Below are positions 25,153 through 35,359 of a DNA stretch of 40,006 nt, in pieces. Numbering within the stretch: the first letter of the stretch is position 1; every line of letters starts with the position of its first letter. The notes under the pieces are model-generated. The model did not search any database. It saw only the letters and a list, made by a program, of their open reading frames with translations, and was not told the origin of the DNA. This stretch comes from a virus (Duplodnaviria > Caudoviricetes), in the IMG/VR virus record IMGVR_UViG_3300028586_000045, positions 1-40,006 of that record; one strand, 5' to 3'. Made by a program: the position numbers and the translations under genes.

Positions 25153-27368
25153 GCCTTCAGCGTCCGATCGCCACCAGCTTCAACGGCGGTGAGCTCAGCC
25201 CCCGCATGGGGGGCCGCATCGACACGGCGATCTACCAGGTCGGTCTGCAGGAAGCGCTCAACTTCGTGCCCACCGTCGAGGGCGCGCTCGTCAAACGTCC
25301 CGGGTTCGAGCACATCCGGAGCGCCGCGAGCACGGCGAGCTGGCTCGGCAAGTTCCGTTTCAACCTAACGCAGGACTATGTGATCGAATGGAGCGACGGG
25401 AAGCTCCGCTTCTACACCAACGACGTCCGGATCGAGACGGCGCCCGGCGTGCCCTACGAGGTGGCGGTGCCCTACAGCGCGGCCGATGCGCCGTTCGTCT
25501 CCTGCCAGCAGAGCTTCGATCGGCTATATCTCGACCACCCGAAATACCCGCCGGCGCGGCTGACCCGGACGTCGGCGACCACCTTCACCTATGAGGTGTG
25601 CGCCTTCCAGAACGGTCCATTCGCGGACGGCAACGTCGACCAGGCCAAGGCGATCACCGTGTCGGGCACCACCGGGCAGGTGACGATATCGTCGCCGGCC
25701 GCGATCTTCCTGCCCGGCCATGTCGGCGCGCCGTTCCGCGTCGAGGCGTCCGACTTCTCGACGATCCCGGCGTGGGAAGCGCAGGTCAAGGGCATCAAAG
25801 TCGGCGACGTCCGCCGCTCGGATGGCAAGGCCTATACCGCCCAAACGGCCGGAACCACCGGCACCGTCGTTCTGACGCATACGACCGGCGCCGAATGGGA
25901 CGGGTCGAACAGCAACGACATCAACGACAAGGGGCCGTTCGGCGTCCAGTGGGTCTACCGGCACGATCGGTTCGGCATGCTGACGATCACGGCGGTGTCG
26001 GGCGATGGCCTGAGTGCGACCGCGACCGTCACCCGCCGGCTGCCCGACAGCGTCACCACGGTGTCCACCTGGCGCTGGGCCCATGGCGCGTTTTCAGCCG
26101 CGGCGGGCTGGCCGTCCGTCGTCATCGCCTGGGGTAGCCGGCTCTGCCACTTCAAGACGTTCGAGCTGCTGGCGTCCGTCGCCGGCGACTATCTCAACCA
26201 CGCGACCTATACCGCCAGCGGCGTGCTCGCCGGCGATCTCGCCTTCCGCCGCACGCTGTCGACCGAAGATCCCGTGCTGTGGGCGATGGGCGATCGCAAG
26301 CTGATCGTCGGCACCGCCAGCCGCGAGATCGCGATCGGCGCGATCAACCAGGCGCAGGCGGTGAGCGGCGACAACATCGAGGCGGTGCCGCAGAGCTTCT
26401 ACGGCAGCGAGCAGGTGTTCCCCGCCCAGATCGCGACGACGGGCGTGTTCGTCCAGCGCGGCGGCCGCAAGCTCCGCCAGGCGGAATACGACTTCGCCCG
26501 CGACCGTTACCAGGCCGAGAACATGACCGTCTGGTGCCGTCACATCACTCGCAGCGGCGTGATCCAGCTCGCGTTCGCCAAGGAACCGGAGGAGCTGCTG
26601 GTCGGCGTACGCGGTGACGGAACGCTTCTGATCCACCCGCATGCCCCCGAGCAGGAGACGAAGGGCTTCGCACGCATCGAGCACGCCGGCGGCAAGATCC
26701 TGTCGGCGGTGACCTGCGCCAACGTCAGCGGCGACCAAGACGCGATCTGGGCGCTGGTGCTGCGTGATGACGGCTCGCGCAGCGTCGAGCGCATGGCCGA
26801 CTGGCACGAGGACGAAGATCCAATCACCGACGCGTTCTACGTCGACAGCGGGAGCACGACGATCGCCGCGGCTGGCCAGACCCACTTCACCGGCGCCACC
26901 CAGCTCGCCGGCCTGGCTGTCGCGGTTCTGGCCGATGGGGGCGTCGTGTCCGGCGTCACCGTCGACGCGAACGGCAGTTTTAATCTCAATCCCGACGACG
27001 TCCCGGCCGACCACGCCTATCGGCTGACAGTCGGTCTTGCCTACACTGCGCGCGCCACCACCCTCCGCCCCGAGCTCGGCGGCCGCGGCGACACCTCGCA
27101 AGGCAAGCGGCAGCGCCTGGTCAAGATGGTGCTCCGCCTGATCGCGACCGCCGGCATCCGGATCGGTGCCAAGGACGGCAAGCTCGACAACCTCATCGAC
27201 CGGCCGAGCCACGAGTTCATGGACGCGGCAGTGCCGCTGTTCACCGGCGACACCGAACGCGCGGTCAGCGGCGGCTGGGATCGCGACGGCCAGGCGACGT
27301 TCGAGAGCCGCGGCCCGCTGCCGGCGACGATCGTCGCGGCGATGCCCACGATCGGGGTGACGTCGTGA
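25149..27368 (+). CDS. Tail tubular protein B / nozzle (T7 gp12-like)
   Basis: SFNGGELSPRM.GR.D...KRPG N-terminus; 739 aa, beta-rich. Confidence 0.9.
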   Translation: MSLQRPIATSFNGGELSPRMGGRIDTAIYQVGLQEALNFVPTVEGALVKRPGFEHIRSAASTASWLGKFRFNLTQDYVIEWSDGKLRFYTNDVRIETAPGVPYEVAVPYSAADAPFVSCQQSFDRLYLDHPKYPPARLTRTSATTFTYEVCAFQNGPFADGNVDQAKAITVSGTTGQVTISSPAAIFLPGHVGAPFRVEASDFSTIPAWEAQVKGIKVGDVRRSDGKAYTAQTAGTTGTVVLTHTTGAEWDGSNSNDINDKGPFGVQWVYRHDRFGMLTITAVSGDGLSATATVTRRLPDSVTTVSTWRWAHGAFSAAAGWPSVVIAWGSRLCHFKTFELLASVAGDYLNHATYTASGVLAGDLAFRRTLSTEDPVLWAMGDRKLIVGTASREIAIGAINQAQAVSGDNIEAVPQSFYGSEQVFPAQIATTGVFVQRGGRKLRQAEYDFARDRYQAENMTVWCRHITRSGVIQLAFAKEPEELLVGVRGDGTLLIHPHAPEQETKGFARIEHAGGKILSAVTCANVSGDQDAIWALVLRDDGSRSVERMADWHEDEDPITDAFYVDSGSTTIAAAGQTHFTGATQLAGLAVAVLADGGVVSGVTVDANGSFNLNPDDVPADHAYRLTVGLAYTARATTLRPELGGRGDTSQGKRQRLVKMVLRLIATAGIRIGAKDGKLDNLIDRPSHEFMDAAVPLFTGDTERAVSGGWDRDGQATFESRGPLPATIVAAMPTIGVTS

Positions 27369-27817
27369 CGGTCGCGATCGCAGCCATGAAGCCGGTCGAC
27401 ATGCTGGTTATCCAGCGTCAGTCGTCGCAGCTCGTGCAGCTCGGCATCGAGCGGACGGTCACCATGGAGGAAGCCGAGGCGATCGCCGAGGGCGATGGCG
27501 AGGCGTGGACGGCGCGCTATCACGGCCGCATCGTCGCGTGCCTCGGGCTGCGCGAGACGTTCCCCGGCCGCCAGGCGGTGGCCTGGGCGGTGCTTGCCGA
27601 GGGGCTTGGCCCCGCGCACCTCGCGATCACCCGCTTTGCCCGGGCGCGGATCCGCGCCAGCTCGCTCGCCCGGATCGAGGCGATCGTGCGCGAGGCGGTG
27701 CCGGCGGAGGCGGCGTGGGCGCAGCTGGTGGGGCTGGCGCCGGCGCATGTGCTGCGGTGTTTCGGCGCGCAAAGCGAGACGCACATCCTGTGCGAGCGAA
27801 TTCGGGGGCAGAACTGA
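27365..27817 (+). CDS. T7 gp13-like acetyltransferase-fold assembly protein
   Basis: GRIVACLG...AWAVL...RIEAIV; canonical position after the nozzle gene. Confidence 0.7.
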   Translation: MTVAIAAMKPVDMLVIQRQSSQLVQLGIERTVTMEEAEAIAEGDGEAWTARYHGRIVACLGLRETFPGRQAVAWAVLAEGLGPAHLAITRFARARIRASSLARIEAIVREAVPAEAAWAQLVGLAPAHVLRCFGAQSETHILCERIRGQN

Positions 27818-28254
27818 TGGAGGCGGCGCAGGCGGCCGGGCAGCTGATCGGCGGGGTCGGCGCCTATGAGGCGGGCAAGTTCAACCAGGCGACGTCGAAT
27901 ACGGAAGCGATCGAAGCCGAGCGTTACGGCGCGGCGCAGGAGTTACAGATCCGCGCCGCGGCACGAGCGGCGATGGGGCAGCAGGTCGCGGCGCAGGGCA
28001 GTAACGGCTTCCAGCAGGGCACCGGTTCCGCCCTCGACGCGCTCGCCGAAAGCCAGGTCAATTCCGCCCTCGATGCCCTGACACTTCGCCGGCAGGCCGC
28101 CGCCACGGCGCGGGCCAAGCGGATCTCCGGATCGATCGCGCGCGCGCAGGGCGAGAATGCGCTGGTGCAGGGCATGCTGGGCGCATCGGCGACGTCGATC
28201 GACTGGGCGAGCCAGCGTAGCTCGCTCAGCGCTGGCACGACGGCGGCAGGCTGA
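27817..28254 (+). CDS. Internal virion (ejection) protein, gp14-like (145 aa)
   Basis: Ala/Gly/Gln-rich; GSNGFQQGTGSALD motif. Confidence 0.75.
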   Translation: MEAAQAAGQLIGGVGAYEAGKFNQATSNTEAIEAERYGAAQELQIRAAARAAMGQQVAAQGSNGFQQGTGSALDALAESQVNSALDALTLRRQAAATARAKRISGSIARAQGENALVQGMLGASATSIDWASQRSSLSAGTTAAG

Positions 28255-30257
28255 TGGCGCAGGAAATCGGCTATCGCCAGCAGGTCGGACCTGCCGCGCC
28301 CGTCAACCTGCCGGATGCCTCCCCCGCGGCGTTCGGCGCCGGCGTCGGTGCCGGCATCGCGCAGGTCGGCGCTGCGCTGGAGAACGCGGACTTCCGCCAC
28401 CGGCAGATCGTAAAGCAGCAGACGGCGGATAGCGAGGCGGCGGATGCCGCGGTGAAGCTCGCAACTGCGCGGCAGCAACTCGACGCGGCGCGCGACCAGG
28501 CGCGCAGCGAGCCGAGCGCCGGCGCGGCCGACCACGTCAAGACGATGGAGGCGGCGTTCGATGCAACCACTGCCGGCATCACCGACGGCATCACCGACAA
28601 TCGCGTCCGTCGCAACATCACCACCCAGCTCGCCGACTATCGATCGAGTTTCGTCAGCGGCGAAAGCAGCTGGCAGACCGTTTACGCCGCGAAGAAGAGC
28701 GCGACGGACATGGGTGTCGTGGCCGATCAGGGCTCGGCACGTCTCGCCACCAGCACAGATCCGGGCGCCTATGCGCAGGAGACCAAGGCGTTCGACGACG
28801 CACTCGATGCCGCCCCCGGGTTCGGTGCGGATGCGCGCGAGGCGTTCCGCCGGCAGGGCCACGCCCAGCTCGCGATCGCGCAGGCCGGCCGCATGGAGCG
28901 CGACAATCCGGCCGGGCTGATCGTCGCCTTGAAGGCCGGCGTCTTCAACGACGTGCTCGACGGCAAGCAGATCGATCATCTGATCGACGGCGCCGACGCA
29001 AAGCAGCGGATGCTCGCCGCCCAGGCACGGGCCGCCACCGCGGCCGAGCTGACCAAGACGCGCGAGGCGCTGGCGACCAAGCGGGCCGAGCTCGACACCG
29101 GTGCGGGCACGCCGCAGGATTGGGGCGCGCTCGCGTCGCAATATGAGGCGATCGGCGATACGTCGTCGGCGGTGACCGCACGCGCGGCCGGCATGGCGCA
29201 AAAGGCGGCGCTGGACCACCGTGGAGACGCGCTGCCGCAGATCGACACCCAGATTGCCTCGCTGACCGCGAAGCAGTCCCAGGGGGGGCTGTCGCCCGCG
29301 GAGGCGTCGCTGCGCACCGGCCTCGTCCAGCTCCGCCAGCAGAAGTCCGAGCGGCTTGGGCAGCAGGGCGGCGCGCTGCTGGAGATGCAATTTGCCACCG
29401 GCGAGACGATCGTGCCGCTCAATCCGTCCGATCCGCAGGCGATGCGCGCGCGTGCAGCGCAGGCGCGGCGCGCCGCGCAGCTCGCCGGCCGCGCGACGAT
29501 CGAGCCGTTTACGGAAGCCGAGCTGCCCGGCATGAAGGATCTAATGGAGAAGGGGGCGGGCGGCCGCATCCAGGTCCTCCAGACGTTGTCCGGCCTGCAC
29601 GACGCCCAGGCGATCGACGGTGCCGCGCGGCAGGTCGCCGGCAGTGGTGATGGCGCGTTCCGCATCGCCGGCAGGATGCTGACCTATCCGGCGGGGATGG
29701 CGGTCGCGCAGGCGATCGTCCGCGGAGACGAGATCCGGTCGAAGCAGCCGTGGCAGGCGAAGGACGCCAAGACGGCGCGCGCGGACTTCGACAAATATTA
29801 CGGCAACACGCTGAAAGGCGGTGATCTTCCCCCCGACTATATCAACGATCTGTTCGAGGGAGCGGCCGCGTTCTACGCCAGCCGGACGAACGGCGCGGTC
29901 TACAATGCCGGCCGTTTCGCCGAGGCGACGGAGGCGGTGCTGGGGCGCAACGGCGGCCGCGGTGGGGTCGCGCGCCTCCCGGGTCTCGGCAACGTCGTCG
30001 CACCCCCGACGATGACGCCGGACGCGATGATGTCGCGGTTCGCAGCGGCGAAGGGTCCCGACTACAACGCGGCCGCCGGCGGCCGGCATCCGGTCTATTC
30101 GGACGGCACGGCGCTGACCCGGCCGCAGATCCGCGCCATGCTGCCGACGCTGCTCGCCGACGGACGGTATGGCTTCCGCGGCCCCAACGGCGCCCTCGTC
30201 CATGACGATCGCGGCGGGATCTATGCGGTCGACCTGATGAAGCTGCCGGCGCGATGA
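28254..30257 (+). CDS. Internal virion (ejection) protein, gp15-like (667 aa)
   Basis: Ala-rich helical protein in the conserved ejection-gene block. Confidence 0.7.
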   Translation: MAQEIGYRQQVGPAAPVNLPDASPAAFGAGVGAGIAQVGAALENADFRHRQIVKQQTADSEAADAAVKLATARQQLDAARDQARSEPSAGAADHVKTMEAAFDATTAGITDGITDNRVRRNITTQLADYRSSFVSGESSWQTVYAAKKSATDMGVVADQGSARLATSTDPGAYAQETKAFDDALDAAPGFGADAREAFRRQGHAQLAIAQAGRMERDNPAGLIVALKAGVFNDVLDGKQIDHLIDGADAKQRMLAAQARAATAAELTKTREALATKRAELDTGAGTPQDWGALASQYEAIGDTSSAVTARAAGMAQKAALDHRGDALPQIDTQIASLTAKQSQGGLSPAEASLRTGLVQLRQQKSERLGQQGGALLEMQFATGETIVPLNPSDPQAMRARAAQARRAAQLAGRATIEPFTEAELPGMKDLMEKGAGGRIQVLQTLSGLHDAQAIDGAARQVAGSGDGAFRIAGRMLTYPAGMAVAQAIVRGDEIRSKQPWQAKDAKTARADFDKYYGNTLKGGDLPPDYINDLFEGAAAFYASRTNGAVYNAGRFAEATEAVLGRNGGRGGVARLPGLGNVVAPPTMTPDAMMSRFAAAKGPDYNAAAGGRHPVYSDGTALTRPQIRAMLPTLLADGRYGFRGPNGALVHDDRGGIYAVDLMKLPAR

Positions 30258-32752
30258 CCGACCAGCGCGGCGGGCCGCTATCGACGTACCTCCCGACGCC
30301 GGCACCGATCGGCCCGGGCGTGTCGAAGCCGATCGAGCGCCCGTCGCTGTCGCAGATGTGGCAGGCCGGCACCGACCTGTCGCGCGCGGATCTCCCCAGC
30401 GCCGAGCGCGATCGGCTCTACGACGCCTATCAGCCGGTGCTCGACGAGCTCAACCAGGGACGATCGTGGTTCCGCCGCTATCACAACCCCGGGGCGGGCG
30501 GCGCCAACTTTGAGACTTACCTGTTCGATGAGGGCGGCAACCCGGTCACCTCGGCACCTAGCCGCGACGTCCAGGAGCAGCACCTGTGGGCGGCGATCGA
30601 CGCGCGCCGGCAGGTCGACCCCAAGGCATTCCCCGGCCTGCCGAAGACGCAGGACGAGTTCCATGCCAAGGTGCTGTCCGATGCCAAGGCCCGCATCGGC
30701 GCCGCCAAGGATACGATCAGCCGTAACGACAGCTGGGCGGGCACCGGCGCGCAGATCGGCGCCGGCGTCGTCACCAGCTTTCGAGATCCGATCAACATCG
30801 CAGCCATGCCGCTCGGCGGTACCGGCCGCACGCTGGCGACGCAGATCCTCACCGCAGGCCTCGCGAACATGGCCGTCGAGGCGGTCGAGCAGCCGTTCGT
30901 CGCGCAGCAGCGCAAGAAGCTCGGCGAAGAGCTGACGATCGGCGAGGCGGCGACCAACGTCGCCGCGGCCGGTCTGTTCGGCGCTGGCCTGCATGCCGCC
31001 GGCGCGGCCGCCGCGCCGGCGATCGGCGGGGCTATCGCGCGCGGCCGCGGGCTGGCGGCCGCGGCGCGCGAGCGGATCGGCTGGGCGAACATGACGCCGC
31101 CCGAGCGGATTGCGACGCTGTCGCTCGAACGCGAGGCGGATGTCGCCGCGACCAGCCCGTTCTCGCCCGGCCCCGGCACCGATGCGCATGTCGCGCGCGT
31201 CGATGCCACGGTGCAGGGGCTGAAGGACGGCAACCTGCCGGCCGCGCTGCCGCCGGCGCCGCCCCGCTTCAACGCACAGGCCTACTCCAACCTGGTCGGC
31301 GTGGCGGAGAGCGGCGGCCGCTACAACATCGGTTCGAGCTCGTCGTCCGCGTACGGCATGTACCAGATCACCAAGGGGACCTGGCTGCGCTATGCGAAGA
31401 CGGCGCTTGGTGGCCTTGAAGGCGAGGCGGCATGGGGGCGCCGCACCAACCCGGCCGCGCAGGAGGCGGTGTTCAACGCCATCACGCGGGACAATCGAGC
31501 GGCGTTGCAGCGGGCGGGTGTGCCTGAGACGAACGGCAACCTCTACATGCTGCATTTCGCCGGCAGCGGTGCGGGCACCAAGATCCTGACCGCGGCGCCC
31601 GACACGGCGATCGAGCGGCTGCTGTCGGAGAAGGCGATCGCCGCCAACCCCTTCCTCAAGGGCAAGACGGCAGGGGAGGTGGTGGCCTGGGCGCATGCGA
31701 AAATGGGCGACACCGTGCACGAGGGGCCAGTGCTGTCGCGCGCCGGCTTCGACGAACACGAGGCCGGCGACGTCGAGTGGCGCGCCGCGCAGGACGAGGT
31801 CGACGCGGCGGAGCGTCAGATGGCGGAGGCGCGCGCGGCCGACGTCGACGAGGCCACACCCCGGGGCGACGTCGACGACGACATTCCCTTCGACCTCGAC
31901 GATCCCCGCGGCGCCCGCGGTGGTGAGCAGCGCGATCCGTTCGAGGATCTGCCGGACGACATGCGCGACGCCGCGCCGGCGCAAGTCGACGACGATCCGT
32001 TCGACGCCTCGCCCGAGCCAATCGCCGCGCCGGCGCCGCGCCAGCAGCTCGAACCGACCGTGTCGAAGGCGATCGCCAACGATCTCGAGGAACGTGGCCT
32101 CGGGCCGCGAGCCACGCTGACGGCGCTGCCGGAGCGCGGCCCACCGGGGATCTCGATCGTCAACGAGGAGGGGCATTTCGCGAGCGCGGTGTTTCGCGAC
32201 GCCGACGGCGTCGCCCAGGGCGTGGTGCGCATGCCGATCAGCGCCGAGGCGCGCGGCATCAACGGCGAGGTCAGCAGCTACGTCAATCCGCAGCAGCGGC
32301 GGCTCGGCATCGCGACGCGGCTCTACGACGCGCTGGAGGATGCCGGCATCGGCGTCGACCGGATGAGCGGCACGGCAGAGCTGACGCCGGACGGCGCCGC
32401 GTTCGTCAATGCGCGCCGCGGCCGGGAGCCTGTGGCACGCGGGGCCCGAGTGGGCGGCGCCGACGAGGCCCGGCCGACGATCATCGATCCGGTCGACGAT
32501 CGCCTGGCGGCGCAGATCCCGCCGGCGGCCGGCTTCGATCATCCGGACGATGTCGCCGCGGCACGGCAGATGGACAGCCTGGAGCATGATCTGCGCATGC
32601 TCCTCGCGGAAGACGAGGCGAAGGGGCTGACGGTGAAGCTGGATGAGAATGGCGACGCGATCAGCGCGGTCGATGCGCTCGACGCGCTCGATCAGGATGA
32701 GGCGGCGATCGCCGCGGCGCGCGCGTGCATGGTGCCGGGCGGTGCCGCGTGA
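30254..32752 (+). CDS. Internal virion protein with lytic transglycosylase-like and GNAT-like domains (832 aa)
   Basis: AESGG...SSAYGMYQITKGTW...LYMLHFAG (lysozyme-like) and YVNPQQRRLGIATRLY...LTPDG (acetyl-CoA-binding motif A). Confidence 0.8.
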   Translation: MTDQRGGPLSTYLPTPAPIGPGVSKPIERPSLSQMWQAGTDLSRADLPSAERDRLYDAYQPVLDELNQGRSWFRRYHNPGAGGANFETYLFDEGGNPVTSAPSRDVQEQHLWAAIDARRQVDPKAFPGLPKTQDEFHAKVLSDAKARIGAAKDTISRNDSWAGTGAQIGAGVVTSFRDPINIAAMPLGGTGRTLATQILTAGLANMAVEAVEQPFVAQQRKKLGEELTIGEAATNVAAAGLFGAGLHAAGAAAAPAIGGAIARGRGLAAAARERIGWANMTPPERIATLSLEREADVAATSPFSPGPGTDAHVARVDATVQGLKDGNLPAALPPAPPRFNAQAYSNLVGVAESGGRYNIGSSSSSAYGMYQITKGTWLRYAKTALGGLEGEAAWGRRTNPAAQEAVFNAITRDNRAALQRAGVPETNGNLYMLHFAGSGAGTKILTAAPDTAIERLLSEKAIAANPFLKGKTAGEVVAWAHAKMGDTVHEGPVLSRAGFDEHEAGDVEWRAAQDEVDAAERQMAEARAADVDEATPRGDVDDDIPFDLDDPRGARGGEQRDPFEDLPDDMRDAAPAQVDDDPFDASPEPIAAPAPRQQLEPTVSKAIANDLEERGLGPRATLTALPERGPPGISIVNEEGHFASAVFRDADGVAQGVVRMPISAEARGINGEVSSYVNPQQRRLGIATRLYDALEDAGIGVDRMSGTAELTPDGAAFVNARRGREPVARGARVGGADEARPTIIDPVDDRLAAQIPPAAGFDHPDDVAAARQMDSLEHDLRMLLAEDEAKGLTVKLDENGDAISAVDALDALDQDEAAIAAARACMVPGGAA

Positions 32753-35253
32753 GCCTCGGCCGCTGCATCCCCGACATGATCAAGCGCGGCGAGATCGACC
32801 ACGTCCGCGGCAAGCGCATGGCCGATCTCTTCGCCGAGCTCGAAGCCTATTACGGTCGATCGATGGGGCCGGACGCGGCCGCGGCGGAGGCGAGCGAGGC
32901 GACGCTGCGCCAGCTCGCCCGCGATGCGAAGCTGAAGAAGCGGCAGACGCTGCTCCAGATCAACCGGCAGCGCGAGGCGCTGGCCGACATGGACCGCTAT
33001 GGCGGCGACAACCGCTATGCCGCGTTCAATGCGCTGCTCGACGATGACGATCGCGCCGCCTACCGCGGCGGCAACGTCTCGACGGCCGGCCGGCGGATTG
33101 AGCGCCTGGCGCACGCCCGCATGTCCGAATTCATCGAACGGCACCAGCGGACGCTGGCGGGCAAGCCAAACGATGCGGAGGGGCTCGACGACGTTGGCCG
33201 TGAACTGTTCGGCGAGGCGACCAGCAACGAGCGCGCCAAGATCTTCGCCAAGGCGATCGACGAGACGCGCGAGGATCTGCGCCAGCGGTTCAACGCCGCG
33301 GGCGGCGATATCCGCAAGCTCAATAACTACGGGCTGCCGATGCGCTACGAGCCGGCGCGCGTGCGCGATGCCAGCGCCGATCGCTGGGTCGACGTGATCA
33401 TGCCGGAGCTCGATCGCGCGCGGATGATCGACGATCGCACCGGCGGGCCCTTCACCGACGAGGCGCTGCGCGCGATGCTGCTCGACATCCGCGAGACGGT
33501 GCGGACCAACGGCATGACCGGCGAGCCGAGCCAGGCGTTCCGCGGCCCGGGCAAGATCGCCAACCGCGGGCAGGAACATCGCGTCCTCCACTATAAGGAC
33601 TTCGACGCCTGGAAGCGGGTCGCCAAGACGTTCGGCAACGACGACAACGTCTTCTCGACGATCATGGGCGGGATCAGCGGCCGCGCTCGTGACATCGCGA
33701 TGATGGAGCGGTTGGGCCCTAACCCCGACGCAACAGTCAATTTCCTGCTCGACGGCATCGCGCACGCCAAGGCGCAGGGGGAGGGGGCACTGGTCCCCGA
33801 GGTCAGCGCCAAAGCCGTTGAGCGTGCGCAGTCGGAGAACCTATGGCGCTTCGTCAAAGGCGAGGCGTCGGCGCAGCATCTCTATCCCGATCCTATTCGC
33901 CGCGGCATCGTTACCGGCCTGCAGGGCACCCGCAATCTCATCACGGCCGCGTGGCTCGGCTCGGCATCGCTTTCGTCGATCAGCGACGTCCACACGCAGG
34001 CAATGGCCCGCGGCTTCTACGGCCTGCCCGAAACCAACATCATCACCCGCACCCTGGCAACGCTGCGCGACAATGCCGGGCAGATCAGCAAGGAGAATCG
34101 CGCGGCGGCCGCACGCCTGGCGCTCGGCATGGAGGACGCCGCGCACTCGATGGGGCAGAGCGCCCGCTACATCGGCGAGATGACTGGCCCTGCCTGGACG
34201 CAGGTGACGGCCGATGCCGTGCTCCGCATGTCGCTGCTCAACCGGCTGACGGAGAACCGCAAGAGCGCCTTCGGCCAGGCGCTGCTCGGCGCGATCGCCG
34301 ATGAACGCGCGCGGCCATGGGCGGAGATCTCGCCCGGGCTCAAGACGGCGATGGAGCGGAACGGCATCGACCAGTTCGACTGGCTGCACATCCGCAGCGC
34401 CACCACCGACATCCGCGGCTCGGCCTTCATCGATCCGTCCGCGATCCGCGACCGGAAGGCGCAGGACCGGCTGCTCGACATGGTGATCCGCGGTCAGGCG
34501 ATGGCGGTGCAGGAGGCCTCGAATACCAGCCGCGCGCTTGCCAATCCGTTCGGCTTGACCAAGGGCAGCATTAGCGGAGAGCTTTGGACCAGCGCCTTGC
34601 AGTTCAAGGGCTTTGCCGTCGCCCTGATGGCGAAGCATGCTCGCGTCATCTCGATGCTGGGGCCGAAGAGTGGGGCTGCTTACGCCGCGCAGTTTTTTAT
34701 CGGGCTGACGATGTATGGCGCCACGGTGTTGCAGCTGCGTGAGCTCGCCAAGGGCAACGATCCGCGGCCGATGGACAAGCCCGAGTTCTGGGCCGACGCT
34801 GCGCTTCAGGGCGGCGGCATCGGCATCCTCGGCGACTTGGTCGGCGTATTCAAGAACGACCGCATCGACAGCCTCGGGCAGTTCATCGGCGGCCCGATCT
34901 ACGGCGCGGTGCAGGACATGCGCAGCGCGGCGCGGGCGGCACTGCCTGGCAAGGAGCGCAAGGACGGCACCCATCGCGAGGCCAACCCGGGCGGCGCGGC
35001 GGTGAGACTGGCGAAGCGCTACGTGCCCGGTAGCAACATCTGGTATGCGCGCCTCGCTTGGGAGCGGATGGTGATCGACCAACTCGACGCCCAGGTCAGC
35101 CCGACGCACGATGCCGACGTCGCTCGACGGGGCAAGCGCTTGGCCGACAACAAGCAGGGAGCGTGGTGGGCACCGGGTGAGATGGCACCGACGCGCGCGC
35201 CAAACTTCCGCAACGGCATCAACAGCGACAGCATGATCGCGCCGGCGCAATAG
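32749..35253 (+). CDS. Large internal virion (ejection) protein, gp16-like (834 aa)
   Basis: GTGA coupling; LQFKGF, GNDPRPM, GGGIGILGD and PGSNIWY motifs of podovirus ejection proteins. Confidence 0.8.
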   Translation: MSLGRCIPDMIKRGEIDHVRGKRMADLFAELEAYYGRSMGPDAAAAEASEATLRQLARDAKLKKRQTLLQINRQREALADMDRYGGDNRYAAFNALLDDDDRAAYRGGNVSTAGRRIERLAHARMSEFIERHQRTLAGKPNDAEGLDDVGRELFGEATSNERAKIFAKAIDETREDLRQRFNAAGGDIRKLNNYGLPMRYEPARVRDASADRWVDVIMPELDRARMIDDRTGGPFTDEALRAMLLDIRETVRTNGMTGEPSQAFRGPGKIANRGQEHRVLHYKDFDAWKRVAKTFGNDDNVFSTIMGGISGRARDIAMMERLGPNPDATVNFLLDGIAHAKAQGEGALVPEVSAKAVERAQSENLWRFVKGEASAQHLYPDPIRRGIVTGLQGTRNLITAAWLGSASLSSISDVHTQAMARGFYGLPETNIITRTLATLRDNAGQISKENRAAAARLALGMEDAAHSMGQSARYIGEMTGPAWTQVTADAVLRMSLLNRLTENRKSAFGQALLGAIADERARPWAEISPGLKTAMERNGIDQFDWLHIRSATTDIRGSAFIDPSAIRDRKAQDRLLDMVIRGQAMAVQEASNTSRALANPFGLTKGSISGELWTSALQFKGFAVALMAKHARVISMLGPKSGAAYAAQFFIGLTMYGATVLQLRELAKGNDPRPMDKPEFWADAALQGGGIGILGDLVGVFKNDRIDSLGQFIGGPIYGAVQDMRSAARAALPGKERKDGTHREANPGGAAVRLAKRYVPGSNIWYARLAWERMVIDQLDAQVSPTHDADVARRGKRLADNKQGAWWAPGEMAPTRAPNFRNGINSDSMIAPAQ

Positions 35254-35359
35254 CGCTTCCCCTCGATTCGCGAGGGCGCTATGATGGCACCGCCCTAACG
35301 GGCTCCGGTGATTACGGCGCCGGACACCGCCCCTGACGAAACGCCCCGGGGGGACGAGT

